A stretch of DNA of 64,000 nucleotides from an uncultured Leucobacter sp. (GCA_964433255.1 CAYSQG010000001.1:18069-82068); one strand, 5' to 3'. Shown: positions 18,993 through 29,600, counted from the first letter of the stretch. Numbers and translations: made by a program. The notes: generated by a model not told the origin, from the sequence alone.

Positions 18993-20507
18993 TCATGCTA
19001 GCGCGGTGCGTTGGCGTGACGCCCTCACCCATTTCTCTACCTCGTCAGCGGTGCGCGGAATCGCAGCCGAAAGATTCACGCACGAGTCATCGGTGACGAC
19101 GATGTCGTCTTCGATGCGCACACCGATTCCGCGAAATTCTTCTGGCACGGTGAGATCGTCGGGCTGAAAGTATAGCCCTGGCTCAATGGTGAAGACCATG
19201 CCTGGCTGCAACTGGGCATCTAGGTACATTTCGCGCCTGGCTTGAGCGCAGTCGTGCACGTCGAGGCCGAGGTGGTGGCTGGTACCGTGCACCATATAAC
19301 GACGATGGTAGGGGGTGTTGTCTTCTGCGGTGGCTTCAGGGATCAGCCCCCACTCTCGAGTCTTTCGCTCAATTACCCGCATCGCAGCTTCGTGCACGTC
19401 GCCGAACCGAACTCCCGGTTTCACTATTGCCCGTGCAGCATCTGCGGCTTCAAGCACGGCCTCGTAGACTCGCCGCTGCACCTCAGTAAACGTGCCAGAG
19501 ATCGGCACGGTTCTGGTGATATCAGCCGTGTACAGGCTGTCGAGTTCAACCCCGGCGTCGAGCAGCAGCAGCTCACCATCGCGCACGGGCCCGGTGTTTG
19601 CGATCCAGTGCAGGGTGCAGGCGTGCGAGCCGGCGGCGGCGATAGTTTCGTACCCGATTGAGTTTCCATCGACCCTCGCTCGTTGGTAGAAAGCTCCCTC
19701 AATGACTCGTTCGCCCCTGGGCTCACGAGTGGCTTCGTCGAGAGAGGCCAACACGTCATCGAATCCGCGTGCGGTTGCGTTGACGGCGGCTTGCAGTTCG
19801 GCTATTTCAAACTTGTCTTTCACGAGTCGCAACTCAGAGGCTACGCGTGCAAGATCTGAGTCATCGTCGGTGCGGTGAGGCCCAGCAACGATGGCCCCGA
19901 GAGTGCGATCGCGATCGGTGGTTTCGAGTAGTGCTAGGGGTGCAGTGCATATGCCCAGATCGGCAGCTACCTGTTCAAGAGATGGCCGTGGGCCAATCCA
20001 GAACTCACCAATTTCAGGGTTCGCATAGAACTCTTCGTTGTCACGCCCTGCTCGCTCACGAAAATAGAGCGTGGCTTCGTGTGTAGGTGCCCCTGCTTGG
20101 TGACCGTGGATCGCCGGGTCAATTGGGTCAAGCACCAAGACCGCGCCTGGCTCGCTGTCGCTGCCCCACCCGGTCAGGTGTGCAAAGGCACTGTGGGGGC
20201 GGAATTGATAAAACGTGTCGTTCGACCGCTGTTTCAACACTCCAGCACCAAACACCAGTCGTTCACCAACGAACTGTGCGCCGATAGCCTTTCGCCGAGC
20301 CGCGGCGAAGGGTGCGGCTGGCCGCTGCCCAGGGATCTTCTCTGGCGCTGAAGCCCACCCCGACATGATGTGCTCAAGAAAACGATCACTGCGCGGTGTG
20401 GTGCTGCGGTTGCTGTTGTCGATTTCTCCCTCGTGTGTCACGATCTCGGGGGTCTCGCTAGCTGATTGTCGGTGCTGCACGGTCGGTGTCGCTTCGCTCT
20501 CGGTCAT
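18993..20507 (-). CDS. pepP: Xaa-Pro aminopeptidase P
   Basis: LLLDAG, YTADITRT, HGTSHHLGLDVHD, TIEPGLY, RIEDD. Confidence 0.93.
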   Translation of the reverse strand: MTESEATPTVQHRQSASETPEIVTHEGEIDNSNRSTTPRSDRFLEHIMSGWASAPEKIPGQRPAAPFAAARRKAIGAQFVGERLVFGAGVLKQRSNDTFYQFRPHSAFAHLTGWGSDSEPGAVLVLDPIDPAIHGHQAGAPTHEATLYFRERAGRDNEEFYANPEIGEFWIGPRPSLEQVAADLGICTAPLALLETTDRDRTLGAIVAGPHRTDDDSDLARVASELRLVKDKFEIAELQAAVNATARGFDDVLASLDEATREPRGERVIEGAFYQRARVDGNSIGYETIAAAGSHACTLHWIANTGPVRDGELLLLDAGVELDSLYTADITRTVPISGTFTEVQRRVYEAVLEAADAARAIVKPGVRFGDVHEAAMRVIERKTREWGLIPEATAEDNTPYHRRYMVHGTSHHLGLDVHDCAQARREMYLDAQLQPGMVFTIEPGLYFQPDDLTVPEEFRGIGVRIEDDIVVTDDSCVNLSAAIPRTADEVEKWVRASRQRTALA

Positions 20508-20550
20508 GCTCGTATTCTCTCACCCGCAGCTGAACCTCTAACATGGCAGT

Positions 20551-21387
20551 ATGACCGGCCGCTACGATCTGCACACCCACTCCGTGCATTCAGATGGCAC
20601 CACCACCCCAACTGAAATTGCAACTGAAGCCGCAGAGATTGGCCTTGCGGGCTTCGCGCTGACCGATCACGACACCACTGAAGGCTGGAATGCCGCACGA
20701 GAGGCCACACAGCACCTCGGGCTTGATTTCTTGCCGGGCATGGAGATCACAACCAAACACCACTGGCGATCCACGCACATATTGGCTTATGGCTTTGACC
20801 CTGAGCACCCTGATCTCATCGCCGAATTGCAGCGTGTTCGTGAATCACGCCTTGGGCGGGCACGGGAAATGGTCACCCGATTGTCGGCTGACTTTGACAT
20901 CGACTGGTACTCCGTGATTGAGGCAGGCGAGGATCGAACGATTGGGCGTCCACACATTGCCGACGCACTGGTCGCTGCGGGGTACTTCGTCGATCGCAGC
21001 GCTGCATTTGCCGATGTGTTGCACCCCCAATCTTCGTATTATGTACCCACCTATGCGATTGAGAGCGCGGAGGCTATTCGTCTGGTTCGATCCGCAGGTG
21101 GGGTGACCGTGCTTGCACACCCAGCAGCGGGTCGCATGAGCAGGCCCATCGACCTCGACTCTCTTGACGAACTTTGCGACGAAGGCCTGTGGGGCATCGA
21201 GCTTGAACACCCAGAAAATCGAGCGGATTGGCTGCCTGAGCTGATTCGCTTCGCGAATCAAAACGACCTCAGAGTCACCGGAGCCAGCGACTATCACGGG
21301 GCGGGCAAAGCCAATTTGCTCGGCCAACACACCAGTTCAACTGAAACTTGGAACGAGATCCGTGCGTTGGTTGCGGTCACGCACTGA
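20551..21387 (+). CDS. PHP-domain phosphoesterase (TrpH/YciV-like)
   Basis: DLHTHSVHSDG, ALTDHD, GRPHIA, LAHP, GASDYHG. Confidence 0.9.
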   Translation: MTGRYDLHTHSVHSDGTTTPTEIATEAAEIGLAGFALTDHDTTEGWNAAREATQHLGLDFLPGMEITTKHHWRSTHILAYGFDPEHPDLIAELQRVRESRLGRAREMVTRLSADFDIDWYSVIEAGEDRTIGRPHIADALVAAGYFVDRSAAFADVLHPQSSYYVPTYAIESAEAIRLVRSAGGVTVLAHPAAGRMSRPIDLDSLDELCDEGLWGIELEHPENRADWLPELIRFANQNDLRVTGASDYHGAGKANLLGQHTSSTETWNEIRALVAVTH

Positions 21388-21513
21388 CCTGCCGCTGCAC
21401 CTGACCAAACTCTTTGGCAACAACCTCAAAAATGGCTCGCGTTTGATGCCAAATTTTGTGATTTCATGGCCGATGCTCTTTGAAAAACACCTCAGATGCG
21501 CAAGAGTCGAGGC

Positions 21514-22689
21514 ATGGATCATTCAAAGATGAATTTTGACACCCTGGCCGTGCACGCTGGTCGGGAAGATCTGACGGCGCTCGGAGTGCACGCCCTGCCC
21601 ATTGATCTCTCGACCACCAACCCGCTCCCAGATATTGAAATCGGGGGAGCTTCATATGAGGCAATGGCAACCGGTGGCACGATGCCAGAGGGGGGAAGTG
21701 CCGTCTATGCGCGACTCTGGAACCCCACCGTTGCTCGATTTGAATCAGGGTTGGCGCAGCTGGAACACGCAGAGACCGCCGTGGCGTTTGGCTCTGGCAT
21801 GGCGGCAATCACGGCCGCCATCGTCGCGTTTTGCGTGGCGCCAGGCAAGAAACACGTCGTGGGTGTGCGGCCGCTCTATGGCGGCACCGATCACATTCTT
21901 GCTTCGGGCCTGCTCGGCACCGAAGTGACGTTCTGTGATTCGAGTGAAGTAGCTGCTTCAATCAGGCCAGACACCGGGCTTGTCATCGCGGAAAGCCCGG
22001 CAAACCCCACTCTTGAGTTGGTAAGCATCTCTGCAATCGCCGAACAGGCAGGCGATGTGCCAGTGCTCATCGACAACACGTTTGCGACCCCCGTGTTGCA
22101 AAACCCCCTCAACCATGGGGCATCCATGTCGCTGCACAGCGCGAGTAAATATCTTGGGGGTCACGGTGACGTTATTGGTGGGGTGATTGCTTGCTCAGAG
22201 ACCACTGCCGAACGGTTGCGCCCAGTGCGGGCAATTACTGGTGCTCTGCTGCACCCGCTCGGCGCCTACCTGTTGCATCGAGGCCTCACCACTTTGCCCT
22301 TGCGTGTCCGTGCCCAACAAGCGCACGCTACGCGTGTTGCCGAGTGGCTTTCAAGACGTGACGAGGTTGCTGAGGTGTATTACCCGGGCATGAACGGTGA
22401 CCCACAGCACGTGTTGGCAACGCAGATGCGTGGCACTGGGTCAATGGTCTCTATGAAACTTCAGGGCGGGTATCAGGCAGCTCTCGAGCTCACCAAGCAT
22501 CTCTCGCTCTTCACGCACGCGGTGTCGCTTGGTGGGGTCGACTCACTCATTCAACACCCTGCAGCGCTCACGCATCGACCTGTATCTGTTGAGGCAAAAC
22601 CAGATGCTGGGATTCTGCGCATGTCAATAGGGCTTGAAGACCCCGAAGACCTTATTGCAGACCTCATTCAGGCGTTTGATTCGTTATAG
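21514..22689 (+). CDS. PLP-dependent trans-sulfuration enzyme, probably methionine gamma-lyase
   Basis: YARLWNPT, FGSGMAA, LYGGT, ESPANP, DNTFATP, HSASKYLGGHGD (PLP lysine), VSLGGVDSL. Confidence 0.82.
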   Translation: MDHSKMNFDTLAVHAGREDLTALGVHALPIDLSTTNPLPDIEIGGASYEAMATGGTMPEGGSAVYARLWNPTVARFESGLAQLEHAETAVAFGSGMAAITAAIVAFCVAPGKKHVVGVRPLYGGTDHILASGLLGTEVTFCDSSEVAASIRPDTGLVIAESPANPTLELVSISAIAEQAGDVPVLIDNTFATPVLQNPLNHGASMSLHSASKYLGGHGDVIGGVIACSETTAERLRPVRAITGALLHPLGAYLLHRGLTTLPLRVRAQQAHATRVAEWLSRRDEVAEVYYPGMNGDPQHVLATQMRGTGSMVSMKLQGGYQAALELTKHLSLFTHAVSLGGVDSLIQHPAALTHRPVSVEAKPDAGILRMSIGLEDPEDLIADLIQAFDSL

Positions 22690-22751
22690 GTCAACGCTGA
22701 ACACGCGGAGGGTTGTCTCTCACACTGAACGGTGATGAGGGTTGGCGCGAG

Positions 22752-24215
22752 TTACGCCCCAGGTTCGCTCTTGCCCTCGGCATCGTGACCGTGGCTCTCG
22801 TGACCGTGTGTTTCGTGCCGACCAGAACCGCGGGGGTTTGCGCTGCGAGTGCGACGGCGTGTGCGTGATCGCGTGCGCTTTTGCTCATCTGAGGGATCTG
22901 CGGGTGAATCGGCTGAGTTCGTGGTTCGTTCGCCTGACTCGCGCCGGCCTGACTCGCGCCGGCCTGACTCGCGCTGGCCACGTGGCCGAGAGTTGCCACC
23001 CTCGCGACGTGGTTGATCTTTCACAGGGGTTGCCCGAATGCGACCCTTGGTGCCCTCAGGAATGTTGAGGTCTTCGAAGAGGTGAGCAGATGAGCTGTAG
23101 GTTTCGCGAGGCTCAGTCTGGCCAAATTCGAGCGCACGGTTGATAAGCGCCCATTTGTGTGCGTCCTCCCAGTCGACGAACGTGACCGCGATGCCGGTGC
23201 GACCCGCACGTCCGGTGCGCCCAACTCGGTGAAGATACGTTTTTTCGTCGTCGGGCACGGTGTGGTTAATCACATGTGTGACGTCGTCAACATCAATGCC
23301 ACGTGCAGCGACATCTGTGGCAATCAAGATGTCTTTTTTGCCAGCCTTGAACGCCGCCATGGCGCGCTCTCGTTGGTCTTGGTTAAGGTCACCGTGCACA
23401 CTGGCTGCGGTGAAGCCGCGATCGGTGAGCTCTTCTTGAAGTTTGGCAGCTGCGCGTTTAGTGCGCATGAAGATGACCGTTTTACCGCGACCCTCTGCCT
23501 GCAAAATTCGACCAATGATCTCGTCTTTGTCAAGCGAGTGCGCACGGTAGACCAGGTGTTTGATGTTTGCCTGCACCTGGCCCTCGTCGGGGTCTGTTGC
23601 CCGAATGTGAATCGGTGTGCGCATGAAGCGCCTGGCAAGTGCCACGATCGTGCCCGGCATGGTTGCAGAGAACAGCATGGTGTGACGGTTTTCCGGGGTC
23701 TGTGCGAAGAGTTTTTCAATGTCAGACAAAAAGCCAAGGTCAAGCATTTTGTCAGCCTCGTCGAGCACCATTTCGCGAACATTTTTGAGGTCAAGCAAAC
23801 GCTGACCAGCGAGGTCGAGCAAACGCCCCGGAGTGCCAACGACCACCTGCGCGCCGGCTTTCAACTGATCGATCTGACCCTCGTAGGCTTTGCCACCGTA
23901 TATGGGAACCACCTGCACTGCACGGTTTTTCACCGCGATTTCGAGGTCTTCGTACACCTGCACCGCTAATTCGCGGGTGGGCACGACCACTAGGGCTTGC
24001 ACGCCGGGCTCAGGGGTTGCTCCGATGCGCTGCAACAGCGGCAGCCCAAAGCCAAAGGTTTTGCCAGTGCCGGTTTTGGCTTGACCGATGATGTCTTGCC
24101 CGTCAATGGCCAAGGGGATGGTTTGCTCTTGGATCGGAAACGCATCGGTGATGCCGTGGTCAATGAGTGCGTCGACCATGTCTTGATCTACGCCGAGTTC
24201 GGTGAACGTTGTCAC
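22752..24215 (-). CDS. DEAD-box RNA helicase (RhlE/Rv3211-like)
   Basis: AKTGTGKT, PTRELA, DEAD, SAT, ARGID, HRVGRTGRAG. Confidence 0.95.
   Translation of the reverse strand: MTTFTELGVDQDMVDALIDHGITDAFPIQEQTIPLAIDGQDIIGQAKTGTGKTFGFGLPLLQRIGATPEPGVQALVVVPTRELAVQVYEDLEIAVKNRAVQVVPIYGGKAYEGQIDQLKAGAQVVVGTPGRLLDLAGQRLLDLKNVREMVLDEADKMLDLGFLSDIEKLFAQTPENRHTMLFSATMPGTIVALARRFMRTPIHIRATDPDEGQVQANIKHLVYRAHSLDKDEIIGRILQAEGRGKTVIFMRTKRAAAKLQEELTDRGFTAASVHGDLNQDQRERAMAAFKAGKKDILIATDVAARGIDVDDVTHVINHTVPDDEKTYLHRVGRTGRAGRTGIAVTFVDWEDAHKWALINRALEFGQTEPRETYSSSAHLFEDLNIPEGTKGRIRATPVKDQPRREGGNSRPRGQRESGRRESGRRESGERTTNSADSPADPSDEQKRTRSRTRRRTRSANPRGSGRHETHGHESHGHDAEGKSEPGA
22932..22976. repeat. 15-bp tandem repeat x3 encoding RESGR in the helicase tail
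   Basis: GCCTGACTCGCGCCG x2 plus GCCTGACTCGCGCTG. Confidence 0.9.
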
Positions 24216-24370
24216 GTATTGTCCTGTCGGTGAATGAAGCCACGCTCTGTTTCACCCAGGCGCAGCGTGCCACCGCTCCATGGCGGTTGGCTGGTTCGTA
24301 GTGCAGGTAAAGAAGACCTGCAACACAAGTCTATGCGGTTCTGATCACAGTTCGCCGGTACACTAGCGAC

Positions 24371-25090
24371 GTGTTCGAGTGGATCAAGCGACTTCGCAAA
24401 GAGAAACAGCCCAAACTCAAGTTGGGTTCGCGAGACGAGGGCGCGAACACGTTCCAAGTTGAGCTGTCAGAGTTTGCTCCAGGCATCATGCCCTTTCTCG
24501 GATTGACCGCATACCTGCAGCTGGAACTCTACGAAGCTTCATCTCGTGCGATTGGCGGTGCCCCGGATCTGCGCTCGAAAGAGGTGTTGGCGAGATCCGC
24601 GGGAATCACCCTCTCAAAACACCAGCGGCTCAGCGATGAACTGCGGTCTCGAGGCCGCGAACCCCATCACGTCATGATGCCCTACACGCCAATGATCGAT
24701 AGTTTTATCGATCGCATCCACACACCCGACTGGCATCAGCACGTGCTCTCAATTTACTTAGTTGGTGGCCTCTTTGACGGGTTCTTTGCCGAGCTTGCAA
24801 AGGGTCTGAAAGACAAGTTTCAGCACGAAGTCATTGACCTCTTGCTTGACAACTCAAGCCGTGACGAACTGCACGATTTGCTCTCATCAGAAATCGCTGC
24901 AGACCCGTCGCTCGCCGGCCGGTTGGCCCTGTGGGGCAGGCGCCTGGTGGGTGACACCCTGCTCATTTCTCGAGAGGTGTTGCAGCTGAGCGAGGGGCGA
25001 TCCTTTGTGAAGAGCCTCACCGAGCCAGTCTTTACCGACCTCATTTCAGACCACACCCGACGCATGGACAGCCTGGGGCTCACGGCTTGA
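24371..25090 (+). CDS. Ferritin-like fold protein (MiaE_2 / Rv3210c-like)
   Basis: RLALWGRRLVGDTL and HTRRMDSLGL; conserved position divergent from DEAD helicase. Confidence 0.8.
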   Translation: MFEWIKRLRKEKQPKLKLGSRDEGANTFQVELSEFAPGIMPFLGLTAYLQLELYEASSRAIGGAPDLRSKEVLARSAGITLSKHQRLSDELRSRGREPHHVMMPYTPMIDSFIDRIHTPDWHQHVLSIYLVGGLFDGFFAELAKGLKDKFQHEVIDLLLDNSSRDELHDLLSSEIAADPSLAGRLALWGRRLVGDTLLISREVLQLSEGRSFVKSLTEPVFTDLISDHTRRMDSLGLTA

Positions 25091-26265
25091 ACACAGCGCC
25101 CTCGCTGCACTGCCGCTATTTTGAGGCGAACGCCTGCCGCTCGTGTGCGCTCATCGAAACTCCTCACAACGTTCAGTTGCAACACAAACACACACGCTGT
25201 GCCAAGATGCTGCCAAGCGTGCCACCGTCGGCATGGTTGCCGGCATTTGGTGGCAAAGATCATGGGTTCCGAAACCGTGCGAAACTCGTCGTTGGGGGGA
25301 GCGCTGGTCGCGTGACGCTCGGCATTCTGGGGCCCGACGGCAGGGGAGTTGACCTGCGCGAATGCCTCATCCAGGACCCTCTTCTTGCCGACGCGATTCC
25401 TCTCGTTGCGTCGTTTCTTGAGGCAACAAATTTGCCACCCTACAGCGTGCCCGATCGTGCCGGGGAGCTGAAGTTTGTGCACCTGACTGTGTCACCGAGT
25501 GCCGAGCTGATGGTGAGGTTTGTGGTGAGAACCGAAGCCTCGCTCGAGGTGATTCGTGCCCACCTGCCGCGGTTGCGTTCGGCTTTGCCCCAGGCGGTCG
25601 TCGTGTCGGTCAACCTGCTGCCAGAGCACAAAGCCGTGCTTGAGGGGGAGCGCGAGGTCACGCTGCTCGGCGAGTCGTTGGCCATGCACCTGGGGGGTAG
25701 CTCAGATGAACTGAACTTGCACCTGCTGCCCAAAAGCTTTTTTCAAACCAACACACTTGTGGCGCAACAGCTGTATGCCCAAGTGACTGAGTGGATCAGG
25801 CAACTGCGCCCAACCTCGCTTTGGGATCTCTACTGCGGGGTGGGCGGATTCGCGCTGCACGCCGCGGTCAACCTGCGCGCCCAAGGCATTGAGTGTGACG
25901 TGCTTGGTGTGGAGCTCAATGAGTCGGCGGTGCTTTCGGCTCGGCGATCAGCGAGAGAAACCAACATTTCAGCCGAGTTCGTTGCAGTAGACGCGCTCGA
26001 ATTTGCCTTGAACGCACCAGTTGCACACCTGCCTCAGCTCGTGGTGGTGAACCCGCCACGTCGAGGCATCGGCGACGCACTTGCGCAGTGGATCGAAGCC
26101 AGCCGCATTCCGACTGTGGTCTATTCCAGCTGTAACCCAGTCACCCTCGCGAAAGACCTTGCCCTCATGCCCAGTTATGGGGTGTCACAGGCAAAGATGT
26201 TTGACATGTTTCCGCACACCGCTCATCTCGAGGTGGCGGTGTTGCTCACGCGGCAGACAGATTAG
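25087..26265 (+). CDS. rlmC: 23S rRNA m5U methyltransferase, RlmC-like
   Basis: N-terminal CRYFEANACRSC...EC Fe-S cysteines, no TRAM domain, SFFQTN, WDLYCGVGGF, VNPPRRG, YSSCNP, FDMFPHTAHLE. Confidence 0.85.
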   Translation: MNTAPSLHCRYFEANACRSCALIETPHNVQLQHKHTRCAKMLPSVPPSAWLPAFGGKDHGFRNRAKLVVGGSAGRVTLGILGPDGRGVDLRECLIQDPLLADAIPLVASFLEATNLPPYSVPDRAGELKFVHLTVSPSAELMVRFVVRTEASLEVIRAHLPRLRSALPQAVVVSVNLLPEHKAVLEGEREVTLLGESLAMHLGGSSDELNLHLLPKSFFQTNTLVAQQLYAQVTEWIRQLRPTSLWDLYCGVGGFALHAAVNLRAQGIECDVLGVELNESAVLSARRSARETNISAEFVAVDALEFALNAPVAHLPQLVVVNPPRRGIGDALAQWIEASRIPTVVYSSCNPVTLAKDLALMPSYGVSQAKMFDMFPHTAHLEVAVLLTRQTD

Positions 26266-26486
26266 CTAATAAAGCCAACCTTGCGACCAGTTTCGGCCCC
26301 AATTTCAATGTAGGTGATGGTGTCAGTCACCACGAGATATTCACGGCCTTTGTTGTCGGTGAGTGCGACGACTGGTGCCTCGGTAGTCAATGCCGCTTCG
26401 ATGAGCGAACGCACTTCAGCGGCTGCGGTGTCAGTTTCGAACGAGAGCTCACGGGGTGAGTGTTTGATGCCGATGCGAACTTCCAC
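26262..26486 (-). CDS. DUF3107 family protein
   Basis: MEVRIGIKHSPRELSFE...YIEIG...KVGF. Confidence 0.9.
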   Translation of the reverse strand: MEVRIGIKHSPRELSFETDTAAAEVRSLIEAALTTEAPVVALTDNKGREYLVVTDTITYIEIGAETGRKVGFIS

Positions 26487-26640
26487 AATGTCTCCTCAGG
26501 TGATGCCGTGCAACTGTGACGACGTACACCTGTGAGTCTAGAGCTCATGAAACTTCTCTGCCCTGTGCTGGAGCTCTGTTTCGCCCACAGCGCACCCGCA
26601 CAGTCTTCAGTGGCTCATCGGCGCACGCCTCTCATGCAAA

Positions 26641-26661
26641 GTCGGTGGTTGCCCATAGCCT
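26641..26661 (+). promoter_or_regulatory. RecA-NDp / PafBC-type DNA-damage promoter of adnAB
   Basis: GTCGG-N10-TAGCCT, 6 nt before the adnA ATG. Confidence 0.65.
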
Positions 26662-26667
26662 GGTGTC

Positions 26668-29600
26668 ATGGTTACCTTCGACGCGGCACAACTCAGTGTG
26701 CTACAGCTCGACACGACTCAACATGCACGAGTGCTTGGCGCACCGGGCACCGGCAAGACACTGCTGCTCGTTGAATCATTTGTGCGTGCACTCCACCAGC
26801 CCGCATGGGCAGACCAAGACGTGCTCGCACTGGCGCCAAATCGCCACGTTGCGACACAGTTACGGCGAAAGATTGAGGCCAGGCACAATCGGGCCCTTGG
26901 TGGCACTCCGGCTCGAACCCCAAACTCGTTGGCCTTTTCTGTGCTGCAGCAGCGCGCCGCGCTCGAAGGTGGGGCTCCACCGATGCTCTTGACTGGTCCC
27001 GTGCAAAATGAAGCAGTCGCTGCGGTCATCAGTGAGGCCCTCGAGGCGATGCACCCACTGGTCGCTCAGCTGCCATTTGCCCCAGAAGTGTTGCAGAGCC
27101 AACCGTTCAGGTCTGAATTGCGCGAGCTCGATCGTGTGATTGACGACTTTGGTTTCGCGCCCGAAGAACTCGCACGGTTCATTTCAGAACCGCCGCCAGG
27201 CGCCGCAGCACCGGTTGACGAAGAGCTGTGTGACCGATGGAAGGTAGCGCTCAGACTGGTTGCTGCCCTTCGCGAAAAGCTTGCAGTCGAGCGCCCCGGC
27301 CAATTGTCGTCAAGTGCCATGCTGGCAGCAGCATGCAGCACGGTGCTGTCAGACGAACGAGTTCACGTGCCGCGCCTCATCTTGGTTGATGATGCCGCTG
27401 AGCTGGGGGAGGGAGCGCTCGCGCTCTTGGCCGCACTCGTGCAGCGCGGCACTCGCGTGTGGGTGTTCGGTGACCCAGACACGGCCACTGCGGCCTTTCA
27501 GGGTGAGCGCGCGCAGGTAATGTCAGGTTTGCACGCAGAACTGCGGCGACGGGGTGCCGCTACGCGCGACCTTTTCATACAGGAGCCAACTGTGGTGCTG
27601 CAACATGTCTATCGCCACAGTCATGAGTTGCGCGCGTTCGTTCGTTCACTTACCGACCGCATCGGTGCAGCGGGGGTTGGGCAACAACGTAACGCAGAGT
27701 CGACACGTCACCATGCAGCCTCGCAAGTCGACGATCCGGTGCAGTTTTCTCAAGCGTCGTTGCCCGCAGAACAGCTCGGAATCATTGCACACCGCATGCG
27801 CTCCAGACACCTGGGTCTTCAGGGCCATGCGCCAGCTCCCTGGAGCGAAATGGCCGTGGTGTGTCGCAGCCGCGCGCAAGCCAAACAGGTGGCACGGCAG
27901 CTTTCATCGCAGCAGGTTCCCACGAGCGTCACGGCAGGTGGGGTCATTTTGAGAGAACACCAGATTGTGCGTGAGCTCATTCGGTTGCTGCAACATTCAT
28001 TAGATATCTCACCACTCGACGCGTTTGAACTGCAGGAGTTGCTCGGAGGGGTGGTTGGCGGGGTTGACCGAATCGCAATTCGCCGCCTGCGTGCTGCGCT
28101 CAGCCAAGAGGAACACCGAGTCGCGCTGCACGAACAGCGGCCCAGCCTCAGTGTTGAATCACTGATGCTTGACGCTTTTCAGTTGCCCGCAGCGCATCCC
28201 GTGATCGACATGCGACCAGCACGTCAGCTCAGAAAGCTTGGTCTCATTGCAGGTGAGGCTTCTGCCACACACCGGGCCGGGGGCACGCCTCGCGAGGTGC
28301 TCTGGCAAATCTGGCAAGGCAGCGGCTTGGCCACCACACTCCAGCATCAGGCACTGCACAGTCGTGGTACGCGATCTGATGAAGCGCATCGCGCACTCGA
28401 TGCGGTGATGGGTTTGTTCTTTGCTTTGCAGCGACACGAAGAACAAGCCAGCACGCAGCCAATCGCCGACCTACTCCAAGACCTCCTTGCGAACACGGTG
28501 CCCGAAGACTCCGTTGCCGCGCGCAGTGAACGAGACGTCGTAACCGTCACTACCCCGCAGGGTCTGATCGGCCGAGAATTTGCACTGGTATGCATGTTCG
28601 GTCTGCAAGATGGCGAGTGGCCCAATTTGCGCTCCCGGGGTTCGCTGCTCGGTGTCAACGCCCTGGAGCGCTGGTTGCGTGGTGGTGTGGCGCAGTCAGC
28701 ATCAAAGCGCGACACCTTGCACGACGAATTGCGACTCTTTGCGCACGCAGCTGCGAGAGCCAGCAGCGAGTTGCTGGTCGTGTCTGTTGCCAACGAAGAC
28801 CATCACCCGAGTGTGTTTTTTCGTCTTGGCGAGCGCTACTTGTATGAACAACAACTGCCAAGCAGCAGCGTGACGCTACGAGGGGTCGTTGCCAAAATGC
28901 GCCGTCGACTGGTCACTGATCCCAACGACCGAGAAGCACTGCACGCCCTAGTGCAGCTTGCGCGGGCCGATGTGCCAGGCGCACACCCAGACGAATGGTA
29001 CGGGGTCATGCAGCCAAGCACCTCAGATGCGTTGGCAGACGTTGCACACGACCCTGGCGCCACGGTGAGGGTCAGCCCATCACAAATCGAACGCGCCGAA
29101 ACCTGCCCGTTGGATTGGTTTGTTTCAGCACTCAGCACCAAACAAGCGGGATATCAGGCCGGGGTTGGCACGCTGCTTCACTTTGCACTCGAAACGGTCG
29201 CAGAGCCAGTAAGCGCTGAAGAGCTACTTCGCATCGTTCAGACGCACTGGGGGCGCCTGAGGTTTGAAGCTGCGTGGCAAGAGACTCAGGCGCTCGATGA
29301 TGCAGCGTCGATGTGTGCCTCGCTCGCCGCTTATCTCGACGAGTTCAACGCACGCGGTGCAGAGTTGGTTGGAACCGAAACCAAATTTGAAGTGCCCATC
29401 GATTTTGTGAAACTGAGCGGCACTGCAGATCGACTCGAAATTGACACCACCGACCTTGGCACTCGCGCGATCACGGTGGTTGATCTCAAAACAGGTGCGC
29501 GCAAACCTACGGCTGAAGAACTCAAGCAACACGCGCAGCTGGGGGCCTACCAACTTGGGGTAATTTCAGGAAAGCTTGGGCCAATTGCCGACCAAGCCGG

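Noticed and set aside
23157-23969. 270-aa plus-strand ORF
   Set aside because: Antisense shadow of the DEAD-box helicase
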